Positions 34,822-35,966 of a DNA stretch of 35,966 bases are shown in pieces. Source of the stretch: Vitrella brassicaformis CCMP3155 (taxonomy: Eukaryota; Protista; Chromerida); the NCBI GenBank assembly GCA_001179505.1, contig CDMY01000655.1:1-35966 (forward strand), read 5' to 3'. Positions within the stretch are counted from its first letter, which is position 1; the number at the start of each line of letters is the position of its first letter. Both the position numbers and the translations under genes were made by a program. The notes beneath the pieces are model-generated. The model was not told the origin of the DNA and searched no databases. It saw only the letters and a list, made by a program, of their open reading frames with translations.

Positions 34822-35583
34822 TGGACATTTGCTAATGTTGCTGACATACGCTTACAACGGTGTCTCATGACGACGCGTTGTTCGAGAGCTCATGTGGTAT
34901 ACTATGTTACGAGGTGGCATTTTGAAATGAATGAGAGCCTGAATTCAAGCACCATTTGCTCCCGTCTCCGGCACATTCTCAGTGAAGTTCTCAGGAGAAT
35001 GACGCTTCGCTGATAAAGGGAGGGAGGTGCACACCTGACCTCATGCGGCGTCGGACACACAAAAGTCCGACCGTCAGCTACCAGGATGAGCTGTGGGCGT
35101 GTGTGTGTGTGGCTGTGCCACCCACGCGAATGAGAGACGCCTGAGCCACGTGTGTGCTGTGATGATGGTGCAAGGAAAGACATGAGTGTTATGGTGGATT
35201 GCATGATGAGTGTAGTGTATCTATTGAGAGTGAGTGGGTAGACAGGCAGTAGATGATACATGGAAGGCACATGCAGACAGGCATGATTCCGAGAAGCGCA
35301 CAACAAATTGACGGCAGGGAGAAGACATGAACGGACTCCGGGCTACGTACAACCGAGTGCCTCGGTCGGTGGGACCTCAATTACTGTGTACCTGTTCGCC
35401 TTTTCCCTGCTTACCTCTCGCTCACTGCACGTGCATGATGCGGTGGCCACTTTTCTGTTATCTGCGAGAGCCTCGCGCAAGCGGTGGGTTGCGTTGCATC
35501 CAATGCCTCCTACGTGATTTTGGTAGCGTACGCGGGCGTAGCACAGCGATCGCGTACATACGCGCCGCGTGCGGGAGCGACCC

Positions 35584-35749
35584 GATCGAAGAGGATGGTG
35601 GCGAGCTTTTGCGGAGCTCGCGGTGAGTGAACGGCAGCAGCGCGAATCGGCATTGTGTCTTCCTCCCCCCCCCTTGATTTTCACTGTGTCGTATTGAGTG
35701 TTACGTATTGAGTCACACATGAATGTTTGTCTGATGGGTGCAGACGAAA
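35584..35749 (+). repeat. Dispersed repeat, copy 2 (with ~22-nt insertion)
   Basis: Aligns to the reverse complement of 8027-8163. Confidence 0.85.
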
Positions 35750-35966
35750 TGCTCGCCGCCTGTGTATGAGCTGTCTTTGAGACGAGCTGTGCCTAGTGGA
35801 GAACGAAATGTGAAGTGATGGGGGGAAACTGTCATTAACCGTAACACTCGTCTGTGTGTCCGTGATACTCATACAAATACAGTCCCATCAGCACGCAGAC
35901 TCAAACAGGCTCAAGGGGAGGAGGGATCAATCCCCGCCCCATCAGCACACCCCAGTCCCGCAAACC

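Noticed and set aside
34902-35966. Short ORFs at the right end
   Set aside because: No motifs or consistent splice structure; cannot be supported as CDS.

Overview
Intron-rich eukaryotic DNA with short GT-AG introns, GT/AC-rich intron tracts and four 300-N placeholder gaps. Style and gene content suggest an alveolate alga such as a chromerid (Vitrella-like); this is inference. From left to right: (1) the 5' part of a minus-strand type I PKS, FAAL-ACP-KS with a DH-like start directly after the KS and no AT, running off the left edge; (2) a multi-exon hypothetical gene; (3) three genes carrying PAN/Apple modules (PAN + PPC-like protein; signal peptide-Ig-like-arylsulfotransferase-PAN; PAN-PAN-GH3 beta-glucosidase), with an unresolved coding-like tract between the last two; (4) a rearranged zone with a Cys-rich (CXC-like) hypothetical gene bracketed by ~260-bp direct repeats, an exact 136-bp copy of a NOG1 intron/exon piece and a 5'-truncated Ty3/Gypsy element with a 3' LTR; (5) NOG1, divergently paired with a FAIM1-like gene whose tail carries DPF/NPF motifs. 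The best leads are the AT-less FAAL-primed PKS near a PAPS-independent sulfotransferase and a GH3 enzyme, the PAN-module trio, and a perfect 20-bp exon-intron hairpin over the sulfotransferase active-site exon. Exon boundaries were read by eye and domain calls come from motif recognition, not database searches.
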